This document shows positions 19,419 through 29,415 of a DNA stretch of 64,000 nt, in pieces. The stretch lies in assembly GCF_902781305.1 (NCBI RefSeq), contig NZ_CACZIV010000003.1; one strand, 5' to 3'. The position numbers and the translations under genes are program-made. The notes under the pieces were generated by a model. It was not told the DNA's origin and ran no database searches. It saw nothing but the letters and a program-made list of their open reading frames with translations. The DNA comes from Selenomonas ruminantium. GTDB lineage: Bacteria; Bacillota; Negativicutes; Selenomonadales; Selenomonadaceae. The first letter of the stretch is position 1. Each line of letters begins with the position of its first letter.

Positions 19419-21697
19419 TATTTCTTTTTCCCTTTTTTCGTCTTGCTTTCTTGTTCTGCCGCCTCAGCCTGTGCAGCTGCTTCCGCTTCCTTGGCCTTCT
19501 TGGCTTCCGCCCGCTGACGCATTTTTTCCAGTTCCTTGTTGATGGGATGGTCAATACGCGTCTCACAGGCCTCATTGCTGCAATAGGTCAAGCCGCGGCC
19601 ATTCTTATAGTGATGTTTGAGCATGAACGCACCGCATTTCGGGCATTTTTCCTGCAACGGCTGGTCCCAGGTCGTGTAATCACACTCCGGATAATTCTTG
19701 CAGCCGTAGAACTTTCTGCCTCTATGCGACTTGCGCTCGACAATCGCCCCACCGCATTTGGGGCACTGCACACCGGTATCCACGAGCAATGGCTTGGTAT
19801 TGCGGCAATCCGGGAAGCCTGGGCAGGCCAGGAACTTACCAAAACGCCCTTGTTTTACGACCATCATGCGACCGCATTTATCGCAGGGAATATCGGTTTC
19901 TTCCTCCGGCAGTTCCACATGACCGATGGCTTCATCAGCCTTTTCCAGCGTAACGGCAAAGGGGTCATAAAATTCTTTAAGCAGGTGATTCTTTTCCACC
20001 TTGCCCTCGGCAATTTCATCCAACTCATTTTCGAGGTCTGCCGTAAACTTCACATCGACAATGTCCTTAAAGTATTCTTCCAGCATATCCACTACGACAA
20101 AGCCTAATTCCGTAGGCTGGAAATGCTTGTCGATGCGCTGGACATAGCCGCGGGCCTGAATCGTCTCAATAATCGGCGCATAGGTACTCGGACGACCGAT
20201 TTCCTTTTCCTCCAGCGTCTTAACGAGCGAAGCATCGTTGTAACGTGGAGGCGGTTCCGTGAAGTGCTGCTGCGGCAGCATCTTGGCGATATTCAATTCA
20301 TCACCCTCAGCTAAATCCGGCAGCAGTACATCTTTTTCCTTCTTGCTGCTTTCCGCGCCGGCGTATACGGCCGTAAAACCGGGGAACTTGAGCTTGGAGC
20401 CTGCGGCCTTGGCCGTATAGCGCTCGCCCGCCTTAATCTGAATGCTCAGCGTGTCATAGACAGCCGGTACCATCTGGCTTGCCGTAAAGCGCTGCCAAAT
20501 GAGATTATATAGCTTGAACTGGTCTTTATTTAAGTGCTTCTCGACACTTTCCGGCGTCAGGTTCACATCCGTCGGGCGGATAGCTTCATGGGCATCCTGA
20601 GCCTTTTTCCCCGTCACATAGACATTGGCCTTGGGCGGCAGATAGTCTTCACCGAACTGCTCACCGATAAAGGCACGGGCATCATTGAGGGCCATATCCG
20701 ACAAGCGCGTGGAGTCGGTTCGCATATAGGTAATCAGACCTGTAGCACCATGACGGCCCAATTCGATACCTTCATAGAGCTGCTGTGCGAGCATCATGGT
20801 CTTGCGGGAGGTAAAGCCCAATTTGCGGGCTGCATCCTGCTGCAGGGAACTCGTAGTAAAAGGCGCCGCAGGCTTGCGCTTGCGCTCGCTCTTTTTCACC
20901 TTGTCCACCAAAAGTTTCTGCTGCTGGAAATCAGCCACCAATGCTTCCGTTGCCTTCTCATCGTGCAGGTCAAGTTTTTCCCCATCCACATGGGTAAGCT
21001 CAGCCTCAAACATCGCGGACTTGTCCTTGCGCAGTTTCATGCCCACCGTCCAGTATTCCACGGACTCAAAGGCCTGAATTTCCTTTTCCCTGTCGCAAAT
21101 CAGCTTGACCGTTACGGACTGCACGCGGCCTGCCGAAAGGCCCTTGCGCACCTTGCGCCAGAGCAGAGGCGACAGCTTGTAACCCACAATGCGGTCAAGC
21201 ATACGGCGGGCCTGCTGGGCATCCACCTGGTCAATATTGATGCCACGCGGATGCTTTACCGCCTCCTGAATGGCCGGTTTCGTGATTTCATTGAAGACAA
21301 TGCGGCAGTCCTCCTCCGGATTTAAGCCTAGAATAAAGGACAGATGCCAGGCAATGGCCTCACCTTCGCGGTCAGGGTCACTTGCGAGATAGACTTTATC
21401 TGCATTTTTGGCGTCTTTTTTCAGTGCCTTGATTAAATCCCCTTTTCCCCGAATATTGATATACTTGGGGGCAAAGTCATTTTCCACATCAATGCCGAAC
21501 TGGCTTTTGGGCAAATCACGCAAATGCCCCATCGAGGCCCGCACCATATATTTTTTCCCCAAATATTTTTCAATGGTCTTCGCTTTTGCCGGCGACTCCA
21601 CAATAACCAAGGTCTTTTTTACCTTGCTCGCTTTGGCGCGCGTTTTCGCCTTGGTTTTTGCTTTTTCTGCAGCCAAACTTTCACTCCCTCTCGGCAC
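19418..21697 (-). CDS. topA: DNA topoisomerase I
   Basis: [33 protein letters not shown]-terminal Zn ribbons; start uncertain. Confidence 0.96.
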   Translation of the reverse strand: MPRGSESLAAEKAKTKAKTRAKASKVKKTLVIVESPAKAKTIEKYLGKKYMVRASMGHLRDLPKSQFGIDVENDFAPKYINIRGKGDLIKALKKDAKNADKVYLASDPDREGEAIAWHLSFILGLNPEEDCRIVFNEITKPAIQEAVKHPRGINIDQVDAQQARRMLDRIVGYKLSPLLWRKVRKGLSAGRVQSVTVKLICDREKEIQAFESVEYWTVGMKLRKDKSAMFEAELTHVDGEKLDLHDEKATEALVADFQQQKLLVDKVKKSERKRKPAAPFTTSSLQQDAARKLGFTSRKTMMLAQQLYEGIELGRHGATGLITYMRTDSTRLSDMALNDARAFIGEQFGEDYLPPKANVYVTGKKAQDAHEAIRPTDVNLTPESVEKHLNKDQFKLYNLIWQRFTASQMVPAVYDTLSIQIKAGERYTAKAAGSKLKFPGFTAVYAGAESSKKEKDVLLPDLAEGDELNIAKMLPQQHFTEPPPRYNDASLVKTLEEKEIGRPSTYAPIIETIQARGYVQRIDKHFQPTELGFVVVDMLEEYFKDIVDVKFTADLENELDEIAEGKVEKNHLLKEFYDPFAVTLEKADEAIGHVELPEEETDIPCDKCGRMMVVKQGRFGKFLACPGFPDCRNTKPLLVDTGVQCPKCGGAIVERKSHRGRKFYGCKNYPECDYTTWDQPLQEKCPKCGAFMLKHHYKNGRGLTYCSNEACETRIDHPINKELEKMRQRAEAKKAKEAEAAAQAEAAEQESKTKKGKKK

Positions 21698-22787
21698 GCC
21701 GGAAAGCGTGCAGCTCGTTTTCTATCACAATTCCCTTTAGCTCCATTTGCAGAAGCAGATAGGATAAATTTGCTATTTCACCATCAGGCAGACTGTTCAT
21801 GATTTCATCCATACTCAAGGCATGGTCAAAGGACAGCACCTGATAAATCTCCTGTTCCTCCGCCGTAAGCTTCATAACGGACTTAGCCGGCATTTTGGGC
21901 AGGGCAATCTGAAATTCCTCCAAAACATCCTCCGGCCTGGTAACCAGTTTTGCCCCCTGCTGAATGAGGTGGTTGCACCCCGCGCATCCCGGTGCATAAA
22001 TACTGCCCGGAACGGCATAGACATCGCGCCCGGCAGACAGCGCCATCTCGGCGGTAATCAGTGACCCGGAGCGGGCTGCAGCCTCCACCACCAGCGTCCC
22101 TTCTGCAAGGCCGCTGATGATGCGGTTGCGAGCCGGAAAATACGCCGGCAATGGCCGTGTTCCCGGTTCGTATTCCGAAACAACTGCTCCGCCGGAATCG
22201 GCAATGTCGTAAAGCAGTTTCCGATTCTCGGACGGATAGGCGATATCTACGCCACAGCCCAAAACCGCAACCGTACGCCCTGTTTTGAGCGCGCCCTGAT
22301 GGGAAAAGGTATCAATGCCCCGTGCGGCACCGCTGACCACCGTCAATCCCGCCGCGGCCAGTTTTTCGCCAAAATCCAAGGCCGTCGCCTGTCCATAGCC
22401 GGAGAACTTCCGCGCCCCCACCATAGCCACCCGCCGAGCATCCGCTTCGAGCGTTCCCGTATAGTAGAGCATCACGGGTGCCGCATAGATTTCCCGCAGC
22501 ACTTCCGGATAGTTTTCTTCCATTATAGATACGGTGGAAATCAACTTCTTGTCACAGACCTTCTTAATCTCCTCCGGCACAGCCTCATGCTGACGGCAAA
22601 AATTTGCCAGCCGCTCGGAAAGTCGCGGCGATAAAATCTTTGTCGCCGTCAAAACATCCCTATCCGCCCGCCAAACAGCCTCAGCACTTCCCAGAACTTC
22701 CAACAACTGCCGCAAATAACGACAACCAATCCCCGGACACCGCAGCATCGCCGCCAGATAAAAATTTTCTTCCCGACTTTCAGCCAT
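21681..22787 (-). CDS. dprA: DNA-protecting protein DprA
   Basis: VSGAARGID, FPARNRIISGL, SGSLITA; upstream of topA. Confidence 0.95.
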   Translation of the reverse strand: MAESREENFYLAAMLRCPGIGCRYLRQLLEVLGSAEAVWRADRDVLTATKILSPRLSERLANFCRQHEAVPEEIKKVCDKKLISTVSIMEENYPEVLREIYAAPVMLYYTGTLEADARRVAMVGARKFSGYGQATALDFGEKLAAAGLTVVSGAARGIDTFSHQGALKTGRTVAVLGCGVDIAYPSENRKLLYDIADSGGAVVSEYEPGTRPLPAYFPARNRIISGLAEGTLVVEAAARSGSLITAEMALSAGRDVYAVPGSIYAPGCAGCNHLIQQGAKLVTRPEDVLEEFQIALPKMPAKSVMKLTAEEQEIYQVLSFDHALSMDEIMNSLPDGEIANLSYLLLQMELKGIVIENELHAFRRAERE

Positions 22788-22928
22788 ATTATCGCCACCT
22801 AGTCTATACGTTATACAACCATAACAAAAATTTAGAAATTATGCAACACTTTACAGCTTTTATTCATAAATATTTTCCACCATTAATTATAATTTCCTTC
22901 TATTTTTAACAGAAAAATTCACACCTAC

Positions 22929-23360
22929 AAGACGGAGTGGAGGGGCGGCAGTAACTTTCGTCCGCTTAGACAAGCTTGCCAAACGCTTCCGAAAGCCACT
23001 GCTGCGCCTCCCCTCCTCACGTTTTATCTAATCCACAATGCAAAGCAGCGCCCCCGACCTCCCCTATCCGCGCGCCTTAGTATATCGATGTAAGCCCCGC
23101 GTAATGTACAACTAAGCCCGATGGGGTTGGTGATGTTTTCCGCAGCTTTTGACAAGCTTGTCTATGGCGAAGGAAAATATTACCAGCCCCACCGGGCGCC
23201 TTAGCACATCAATGTAAGCACCATTGTAATGCACGCAATAAGCCCGGCGGCTGATAATGCCTTTCCGCAGCTTTTGACAAGCCTGTCTATGGCGAAGGAA
23301 AAGTATTATCAGCCGCCGGGCGTCTTAGCACATCGATGTAAACCGAACTCCGAACCCGGA
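22929..23360. repeat. Structured hairpin-repeat array, locus 1 (1 inverted unit, 1 truncated unit, 2 direct units)
   Basis: Direct units 23116-23197 and 23242-23321; inverted unit 22934-23016; same motifs as locus 2. Confidence 0.9.
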
Positions 23361-23361
23361 C

Positions 23362-25623
23362 TTATTTCATTCTCTTAATGGTGAACCGCCCCGTCTCCAC
23401 TTCTTTACGATGGCAATGCGGACACTCATTCTCAATCAGCCCCGTATACCCGCACACCGGATCGCGGTCCACCGGATGGTTGATGGAAAAATACCCCATA
23501 TCCGCATCATGCATAGCCCTAACCAGACGCTCAAACGCCTTCACATTCTTCGTCGGGTCGCCATCCATTTCAATGTAGGCGATATGTCCGGCATTTTCCA
23601 GGGCATGATACGGGGCCTCAATGCGAATCTTGTCGATGGCCTTAATCGGATAGTACACCGGCACATGGGAACTGTTGGTCATGTAATCCCTGTCCGTAAC
23701 GCCCTCAATCACACCGTAAACCTTGCGGTTGGAACGCTGGAACTGACCAGCGGTGGATTCTGCCGGCGTAGCAAAGCAGGACCAGTTCATATGTTCTTCT
23801 TCCGTGTATTTATCCATGCGCTCACGCAGATGGCCGACAATCTTGAGGCCCAATTCCTGCGCCTCAGCACTTTCACCATGGTGCTTGCCGATAAGGGCCT
23901 TAAGGCACTCAGCCAAACCGCAGAAGCCTACCGAGTAGGAAGCATGCTTCAACACGTCCTTGATGCTGTCATCCGGACGCAGCTTTTCGCTGTCCATCCA
24001 AACGCCCTGCCCCATAAGGAACGGATAGTTATAGACATGCTTTTCCGCAATCACCGCCAGGCGGGCCTGGATATAGTCATGGCTGATTTCGATATATTTA
24101 TCGTAAAGCTGCCAGAACTTATCCATATCGCCCTTGGCTTCCAACGCCAGCTTGGGCAGGTTAATGGTCGTAAAGGCAAAGTTGCCGCGGCTGCCGGATT
24201 CTTCCGGGCCATTGATATTGCTCATCACGCGGGTGCGGCAGCCCATCGTGGCTACCGTGGAATTGTAATCCCCCGGCTTATAGTATTGCAGATTGTAAGG
24301 TGCGTCGATGTTCACAAAGTTCGGGAACAGACGCTTGGCGCTGACCTTGCAGGCCTGCTGGAACAAATCGTAATTGGGGTCTTCGGGATTGTAGTTGACC
24401 CCGGCCTTTAACTGGAATACCGAAATCGGGAAAATCGGCGTTTCCCCATTGCCCAACCCCGACCAAATGGCATTTAAGACCTCACGGGTAGCCAAGCGGC
24501 CTTCCGGGCTTACATCCATGCCGTAATTCAAGGAGCTGAACGGCACCTGCGCACCTGCACGGCTGTGCAGCGTATTGAAGTTATGAATCATCGCCTCCAT
24601 GGCCTGATGGGTTTCTTCCACCACATCCGCACAGGCCAGGCGATAAACATTGCGTGCCAAACGGCCTGCTTCATCCACCGGCAGCTGATAAGCGTCAGCC
24701 ATCACGCTTGTCAAAGCCTTTTCAATCGCCTGTACGGACTCTGCCGCCCGCGGGTCTTCCTTCTTTTCGGTATAACTGCAGGCACTAAAATCCATGGCTG
24801 GCTTAAACACAGCCTTAAACTCTTTTTCCGTACCGAAATCGTGGTCGTCAAACTGATACATGAGGGCCTTATGTGCCTCGCTGATAACCGCCTTGCGGAA
24901 GGACTTGCGCACGCCGTCGGCCATGGCATAGTCAAAGGCGTTGATGGCCTGGCCGCCGAACATATCGTTCTGATTGGACTGAATGGCAATTGCGGCCAGC
25001 GACGCATAAGAACGAATGGAATTCGGCTCACGCAGGAAACCATGCCCCGTGGAGAAACCACCTCTAAAGAGCTTCAACAGGTCAATCTGACAGCAATTAA
25101 AGGTAATCAGTGAGAAGTCCTTATCGTGAATATGAATCCAGTTCTCCTTGTCCGCTTCCCGGAATTCGTCCGTGAGCACATAGTTATCCACGAAATGCTT
25201 GGCACCCTCAGCGCCCAGTTTCAGCATAATGCCCATGGAAGCATCCGTATTGATATTGGCATTGTCACGCTTGGAATCCACATCTACAGCATCAGCAAAG
25301 AAAATATCCTTATAAGAGGACATGAGGTGTTTCTGTGCAATACGGCGTTCCGCATGTTTCTGGCGGTAGGTGATATACTTCTTGGCGATATCGTAGAAAT
25401 CATACTTCATGAGTTCCTGTTCTACAATATCCTGAATTTCCTCAACGCTGACGTTTTCCCGGTCCTGAATATCCCATTCAACCTGACTGGTAACTTCGTC
25501 CACATCTTTTTCCGTCATCTTCTTGCCAGCATCTTTATTGGCGCCTAAAATCGCATTGTAGATTTTTTCCCGGTTATAAGGCACCGTGTGCCCAGAACGC
25601 TTCGTAACTGTTTTTAAATTCAT
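23362..25623 (-). CDS. nrdD: Class III ribonucleotide reductase NrdD with ATP-cone; no C-terminal glycyl-radical motif
   Basis: ATP-cone VTKRSG, IHIHD, FNCCQ, finger-loop TMGCRT, ATPAES, HPVDRDPVCG...CPHC; no RxxGY before the stop. Confidence 0.9.
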   Translation of the reverse strand: MNLKTVTKRSGHTVPYNREKIYNAILGANKDAGKKMTEKDVDEVTSQVEWDIQDRENVSVEEIQDIVEQELMKYDFYDIAKKYITYRQKHAERRIAQKHLMSSYKDIFFADAVDVDSKRDNANINTDASMGIMLKLGAEGAKHFVDNYVLTDEFREADKENWIHIHDKDFSLITFNCCQIDLLKLFRGGFSTGHGFLREPNSIRSYASLAAIAIQSNQNDMFGGQAINAFDYAMADGVRKSFRKAVISEAHKALMYQFDDHDFGTEKEFKAVFKPAMDFSACSYTEKKEDPRAAESVQAIEKALTSVMADAYQLPVDEAGRLARNVYRLACADVVEETHQAMEAMIHNFNTLHSRAGAQVPFSSLNYGMDVSPEGRLATREVLNAIWSGLGNGETPIFPISVFQLKAGVNYNPEDPNYDLFQQACKVSAKRLFPNFVNIDAPYNLQYYKPGDYNSTVATMGCRTRVMSNINGPEESGSRGNFAFTTINLPKLALEAKGDMDKFWQLYDKYIEISHDYIQARLAVIAEKHVYNYPFLMGQGVWMDSEKLRPDDSIKDVLKHASYSVGFCGLAECLKALIGKHHGESAEAQELGLKIVGHLRERMDKYTEEEHMNWSCFATPAESTAGQFQRSNRKVYGVIEGVTDRDYMTNSSHVPVYYPIKAIDKIRIEAPYHALENAGHIAYIEMDGDPTKNVKAFERLVRAMHDADMGYFSINHPVDRDPVCGYTGLIENECPHCHRKEVETGRFTIKRMK

Positions 25624-25633
25624 ATTCTATGGA

Positions 25634-25711
25634 TACCGCTATCTTGCGGTAATCCCTCACGCCCCCTCTACATCTTGTGGTTGTTTATTGTCATAACGGT
25701 ATATATTGTAG
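25634..25711. promoter_or_regulatory. NrdR boxes (2 good, 1 weaker) upstream of nrdD
   Basis: 16-mers at 25634 (taccgctatcttgcgg), 25665 (cctctacatcttgtgg) and 25696 (acggtatatattgtag), 31 bp apart; consensus acaCwAtATaTwGtgt. Confidence 0.7.
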
Positions 25712-25775
25712 CAAATAACGAACCTTTACGCAACGACAAAAATCGATGACAAACGATATTCTTGCACAAAAATAC

Positions 25776-25799
25776 GGCAGAATCCAGTGATTCTGCCGC
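25776..25799 (-). terminator. Hairpin/terminator after the ohrR-like gene
   Basis: cggcagaatc-cagt-gattctgccg, followed by T-rich sequence on the minus strand. Confidence 0.65.
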
Positions 25800-25811
25800 T
25801 ATACAGGCATT

Positions 25812-26276
25812 TTAATTTTTTGCATCCTGCTGACTGTTGCAGACTTCCAAAAGCCCAATCAACTTATACAGCAGACGGTAAAGTTCCTGCGCATCTTCCA
25901 TGGGGAAATCCGTGATTTCCTTGGACATGGCCTGTGGAACCTTGGCGGCTGCCCGTTTTAGTTTACGGCCTTCCTCCGTAATGCAGGCAATAACCACGCG
26001 TTCATCCACCGTGGAACGTTCCCGCTTCAAATATCCCTTACTTTCCAGCTTTTTCAGAAGCGGTGTGAGTGTCCCCGAATCCAGATGCAGTTTTCTCCCC
26101 AAATCCCGTACACTGACTTTGCCCTCTTCCCAAAGGACCATCATGGTAATGTACTGGGTGTAGGTAAGACCTAACACATCGAGGTGAGGACGGTATGCCT
26201 TAACGACTTCCCGGGCGCAGGCATACAAGGGGAAACAAAGCTGATTCTCCAAACGCAATGAATCTTTTTTGTCCAT
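25812..26276 (-). CDS. MarR family regulator, OhrR-like
   Basis: QLCFPLY motif with redox Cys, LDSGTLTPLLKKLE, DERVV. Confidence 0.85.
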   Translation of the reverse strand: MDKKDSLRLENQLCFPLYACAREVVKAYRPHLDVLGLTYTQYITMMVLWEEGKVSVRDLGRKLHLDSGTLTPLLKKLESKGYLKRERSTVDERVVIACITEEGRKLKRAAAKVPQAMSKEITDFPMEDAQELYRLLYKLIGLLEVCNSQQDAKN

Positions 26277-26488
26277 AAGAACTCCCTCATTTCTAAATTT
26301 TTACAACTATAATATTAATACACGCCTGTCAAAAAGTCAAGCATAAAACTATTTCATAATACAGAAATTTAATGATTTTTTTCTTAATATCATGTTTTTT
26401 CGGACACATGTCCTTTTTTCTATAAATTGACTATGCCGTTAAATTCGTGTAAAATTGTCGTTGGATTTTCATTACATATAAAGGAAGA

Positions 26489-28342
26489 ATGTTTATGACT
26501 ATAACCAGCAATCAGCAGGATGCCTTTATCCGCCGCCTTGCCGCTGCGGCCAGCTATTTCTGCTGTCTTATCGCCTTTTACATCGATATCGGTCAGGATA
26601 TGGGGGCAAAATACTTTATGCCCATTCTCATACCGGTTATTGCCGCTTTGGTGCTGACACAGTACGCCACGCGAGTATCCATCTTCAGCCGGGCAGCTCT
26701 GCCGAATCTGTTGACAAGTTTGGGGTGGAGCATGACATTCCCACTCCTCTACGCCTGGACCTACAACACAGGCTGGTATCAGTCAAAAATCTGTTTCGAC
26801 TTCGTTGTGGGGACCGCTGCTTTTGTGCTCATGATGAGCATTGAAAGCGTGCTTTCCCGGCTCGGCCATGTAAAGATCAGTTCTTTATTCATGGCGCTTT
26901 TGAACTTTGCCGGCCTTGCGATTCCCTTCATCCAATGGGTCTACTACTGTCTGTTCTGGCACTGTCTGACGCCGGCCTCACTCATGGCCCTGTACCTGAC
27001 CAACTACAATGAAAGCATTGACTTCATCCAGTCCAATCTGGGGCTTTTGCCCACGCTCCTCATCATCGCGGGCTTTTCGCTCTTTATCTATCTGGCCTAT
27101 CGGGCGCATCTGCATTTTGCCCGGCTTACTGAGGACTATGAAGCCAGCGCACTGCGCCTTTCCACGCTGGGTGTGCTGACCTTTCTCTCCCTTTGGGCAC
27201 ACAGCTTCTACCTGCCGCAGACCTCCTTTGCCGAGCTTTGGGAAGATGTAACGACCTACGTCACACAGACGCAGGAGTACAGCACAGGACATGACGAGCG
27301 GTTCAACAGCCTGATTATTGATGCAGAAAACACGCTGGCAGCCAAGGCCCCCGGTACCGTTATCCTCATCATCGGCGAGTCGGCTTCCCGCAACTACATG
27401 AAAGCCTATACGCCGAACTTTCCTTTTGAAAACACCCCTTGGCTCAGCGAAAAGCTGAGCAGCAATGCACCGGGCTTTATCAACTACAACAACGCCTATG
27501 CCTCCTGGTCGCAGACCGTTCCTGTACTGCAGCGTGCCCTCACGGAACAGAGTCAGTACAATGGCAAGGAATTCTTTGAATCGGCCTCCATCCTCGATGT
27601 GGCGAAAAAGGCCGGCTATGAAACCTGGTGGTTCAGCAATCAGGGCCGTTACGGCCAATATGACAGCGCCATCACCTTAGTGGCCAAAACCGCTGACCAT
27701 GCCACTTGGACAGACGATTCCTACACCTTTACCGATAAATACGATGAGTCACTGCTTCCCTATCTCCATCAGCTTGACCCATCCAAAAACAATTTCATCG
27801 TCCTCCATATCATGGGCAGCCATATCTACTACAACAACCGCTACCCGGCTTCCTTTGACAAGTTCCAGACCTTAGAGAAAGATTCGCGGGCTACGTCGAC
27901 ACCATCCTATGCCAACAGCATACTCTACACCGATTATGTGGTGAGCCAGATTTACGACTATGCGCAAAAGCATCTCAATCTGCAGGCTATGGTCTACTTC
28001 TCCGACCACGGCGAAAATTTGGAAATCTCCCATAATCCGGATGTGTTCAGCTTCGACATGGTACGGATTCCCTTCTGGGTCTACATTTCTCCGCAATATC
28101 AGGAGGCCATGCCTCGTCATACCGCGGCACTCTATGAGCATCAGCATCGCTACTTTACCAACGATATGCTCTACGACACCATCTGCGGGCTCTTGAACGC
28201 CCCCTCCAGCCGCTATAATCCGGAACAGGATTTCGCCAGTTTCACCTATAGCTTTAACCGCGAAACCCTGACCACGATGCTTGGGCAGCACAAACTCACC
28301 GAAGATGTCGACGGCGCTCCGGAAGAAAATATACCCGAATAA
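26489..28342 (+). CDS. Phosphoethanolamine transferase (EptA/CptA-like, sulfatase fold)
   Basis: N-terminal TMs; IIGESA, catalytic T in SQTVP, HIMGSH, YFSDHGE. Confidence 0.85.
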   Translation: MFMTITSNQQDAFIRRLAAAASYFCCLIAFYIDIGQDMGAKYFMPILIPVIAALVLTQYATRVSIFSRAALPNLLTSLGWSMTFPLLYAWTYNTGWYQSKICFDFVVGTAAFVLMMSIESVLSRLGHVKISSLFMALLNFAGLAIPFIQWVYYCLFWHCLTPASLMALYLTNYNESIDFIQSNLGLLPTLLIIAGFSLFIYLAYRAHLHFARLTEDYEASALRLSTLGVLTFLSLWAHSFYLPQTSFAELWEDVTTYVTQTQEYSTGHDERFNSLIIDAENTLAAKAPGTVILIIGESASRNYMKAYTPNFPFENTPWLSEKLSSNAPGFINYNNAYASWSQTVPVLQRALTEQSQYNGKEFFESASILDVAKKAGYETWWFSNQGRYGQYDSAITLVAKTADHATWTDDSYTFTDKYDESLLPYLHQLDPSKNNFIVLHIMGSHIYYNNRYPASFDKFQTLEKDSRATSTPSYANSILYTDYVVSQIYDYAQKHLNLQAMVYFSDHGENLEISHNPDVFSFDMVRIPFWVYISPQYQEAMPRHTAALYEHQHRYFTNDMLYDTICGLLNAPSSRYNPEQDFASFTYSFNRETLTTMLGQHKLTEDVDGAPEENIPE

Positions 28343-28343
28343 A

Positions 28344-28382
28344 AATAGAGCATTGCTTCACTCATGAGGCAATGCTCTATTT
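28344..28382. terminator. Bidirectional terminator between convergent genes
   Basis: aaatagagcattgc...gcaatgctctattt inverted repeat. Confidence 0.75.
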
Positions 28383-28727
28383 GCTTTCTGTACGTTTATC
28401 CTTGCCAAACCATAGCCAAAACAAAATGGGAAAAATAACGAACTCCACCACCAGGATAATCGCAAACAGTCCATTGATAAAATCCCAGCTAAGAAAGAAA
28501 GACTCCTGCCTTGGAGGAGGCGGCCCCTGATGACGTTCTGGAATATAACCACCAACAATCTGCGGCTGTTCCTTGACACCTGCTGCCGTAACCATCGATA
28601 CAACCGGATTTTTCTCCCCCGCTGTATCCTCTACAAAAAGACCTGCTAGACAGGTCAGTGTCAATAACAACACCGCCACAATACAAAATGTCACTATCCC
28701 CTTTTCCAGACTCCCCTGCTGACTCAC
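28377..28727 (-). CDS. Hypothetical membrane protein (two TMs)
   Basis: GTG start after GGGAGA RBS; hydrophobic segments near both ends. Confidence 0.6.
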   Translation of the reverse strand: MSQQGSLEKGIVTFCIVAVLLLTLTCLAGLFVEDTAGEKNPVVSMVTAAGVKEQPQIVGGYIPERHQGPPPPRQESFFLSWDFINGLFAIILVVEFVIFPILFWLWFGKDKRTESK

Positions 28728-28833
28728 CGTCCATCTCCCTCTCGCAAAATTTAATCTTTCTCTAAGAATATCTAGACAATACTTTACGCTTTTAACCGAT
28801 TTTTGTCAACTTTTTACCAGCAGTTCTAGCCAC

Positions 28834-29415
28834 AAGGCGGAGGGAAGGGGAGGCAATAACTTTCGTCTGCTTAGACAAGCTTGTCAAACGCTGCCGAAAG
28901 CCATTGCCCCCCCTTCCCTCCTTAGGTTCAGCACCACACGATGTAATGTTCGCAATAAGCCCGAGGTGACTGGTGATGTTTTCCGCAGCTTTTGACAAGC
29001 CTGTCTATGGCTAAGGAAAATATTGCCAGTCACCTCGGGCGCCTTTAACACAACTATGTAATGTACGCAATAAGCCCGGAGGGGCTGGTGATGTTTTCCG
29101 CAGCTTTTGACAAGCCTGTCTATGGCGAAGGAAAATATTACCAGCCCCTCTGGGCGTCTTTAACATCACTATGTAATGTACGCAATAAGCCCGCGTGGCT
29201 GGTGATGTTTTTCCGTAGCTTTTGACAAGCTTGTCTATGACGAAGGAAAAATATTACCAGCCACGCGGGCGTCTTTAACTCTACTATGTAACGTACGAAA
29301 AAAGCCCGGTGGCTGATAATGCTTTCCCGTCGCGTTTGGCAAGCCTGCCTAAGCAAAGGGAAAGTATTGTCAGCCACCGGGCGTCTTATCATATAGATGT
29401 CAACCGAACACGAAC
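28834..29415. repeat. Structured hairpin-repeat array, locus 2 (1 inverted unit and 4 direct units, 115-nt period)
   Basis: Stems start at 28959, 29074, 29189 and 29304; inverted unit 28839-28921. Confidence 0.95.

Noticed and set aside
28990-29025. TTGACA in each repeat apex as a sigmaA -35 box
   Set aside because: The hexamer 17 nt downstream is GGAAAA, not a -10 box, and unit 4 changes it to TTGGCA with a compensating pair, which favours a structural role.
28940-29415. CRISPR array interpretation of the 115-nt repeats
   Set aside because: The variable segments are short and self-complementary within each unit rather than unique 30-40 nt spacers, and there are no cas genes.
28940-29415. 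Integron attC cassette array
   Set aside because: No RYYYAAC...GTTRRRY boxes at the stem ends, no cassette ORFs between hairpins and no integrase in the window.
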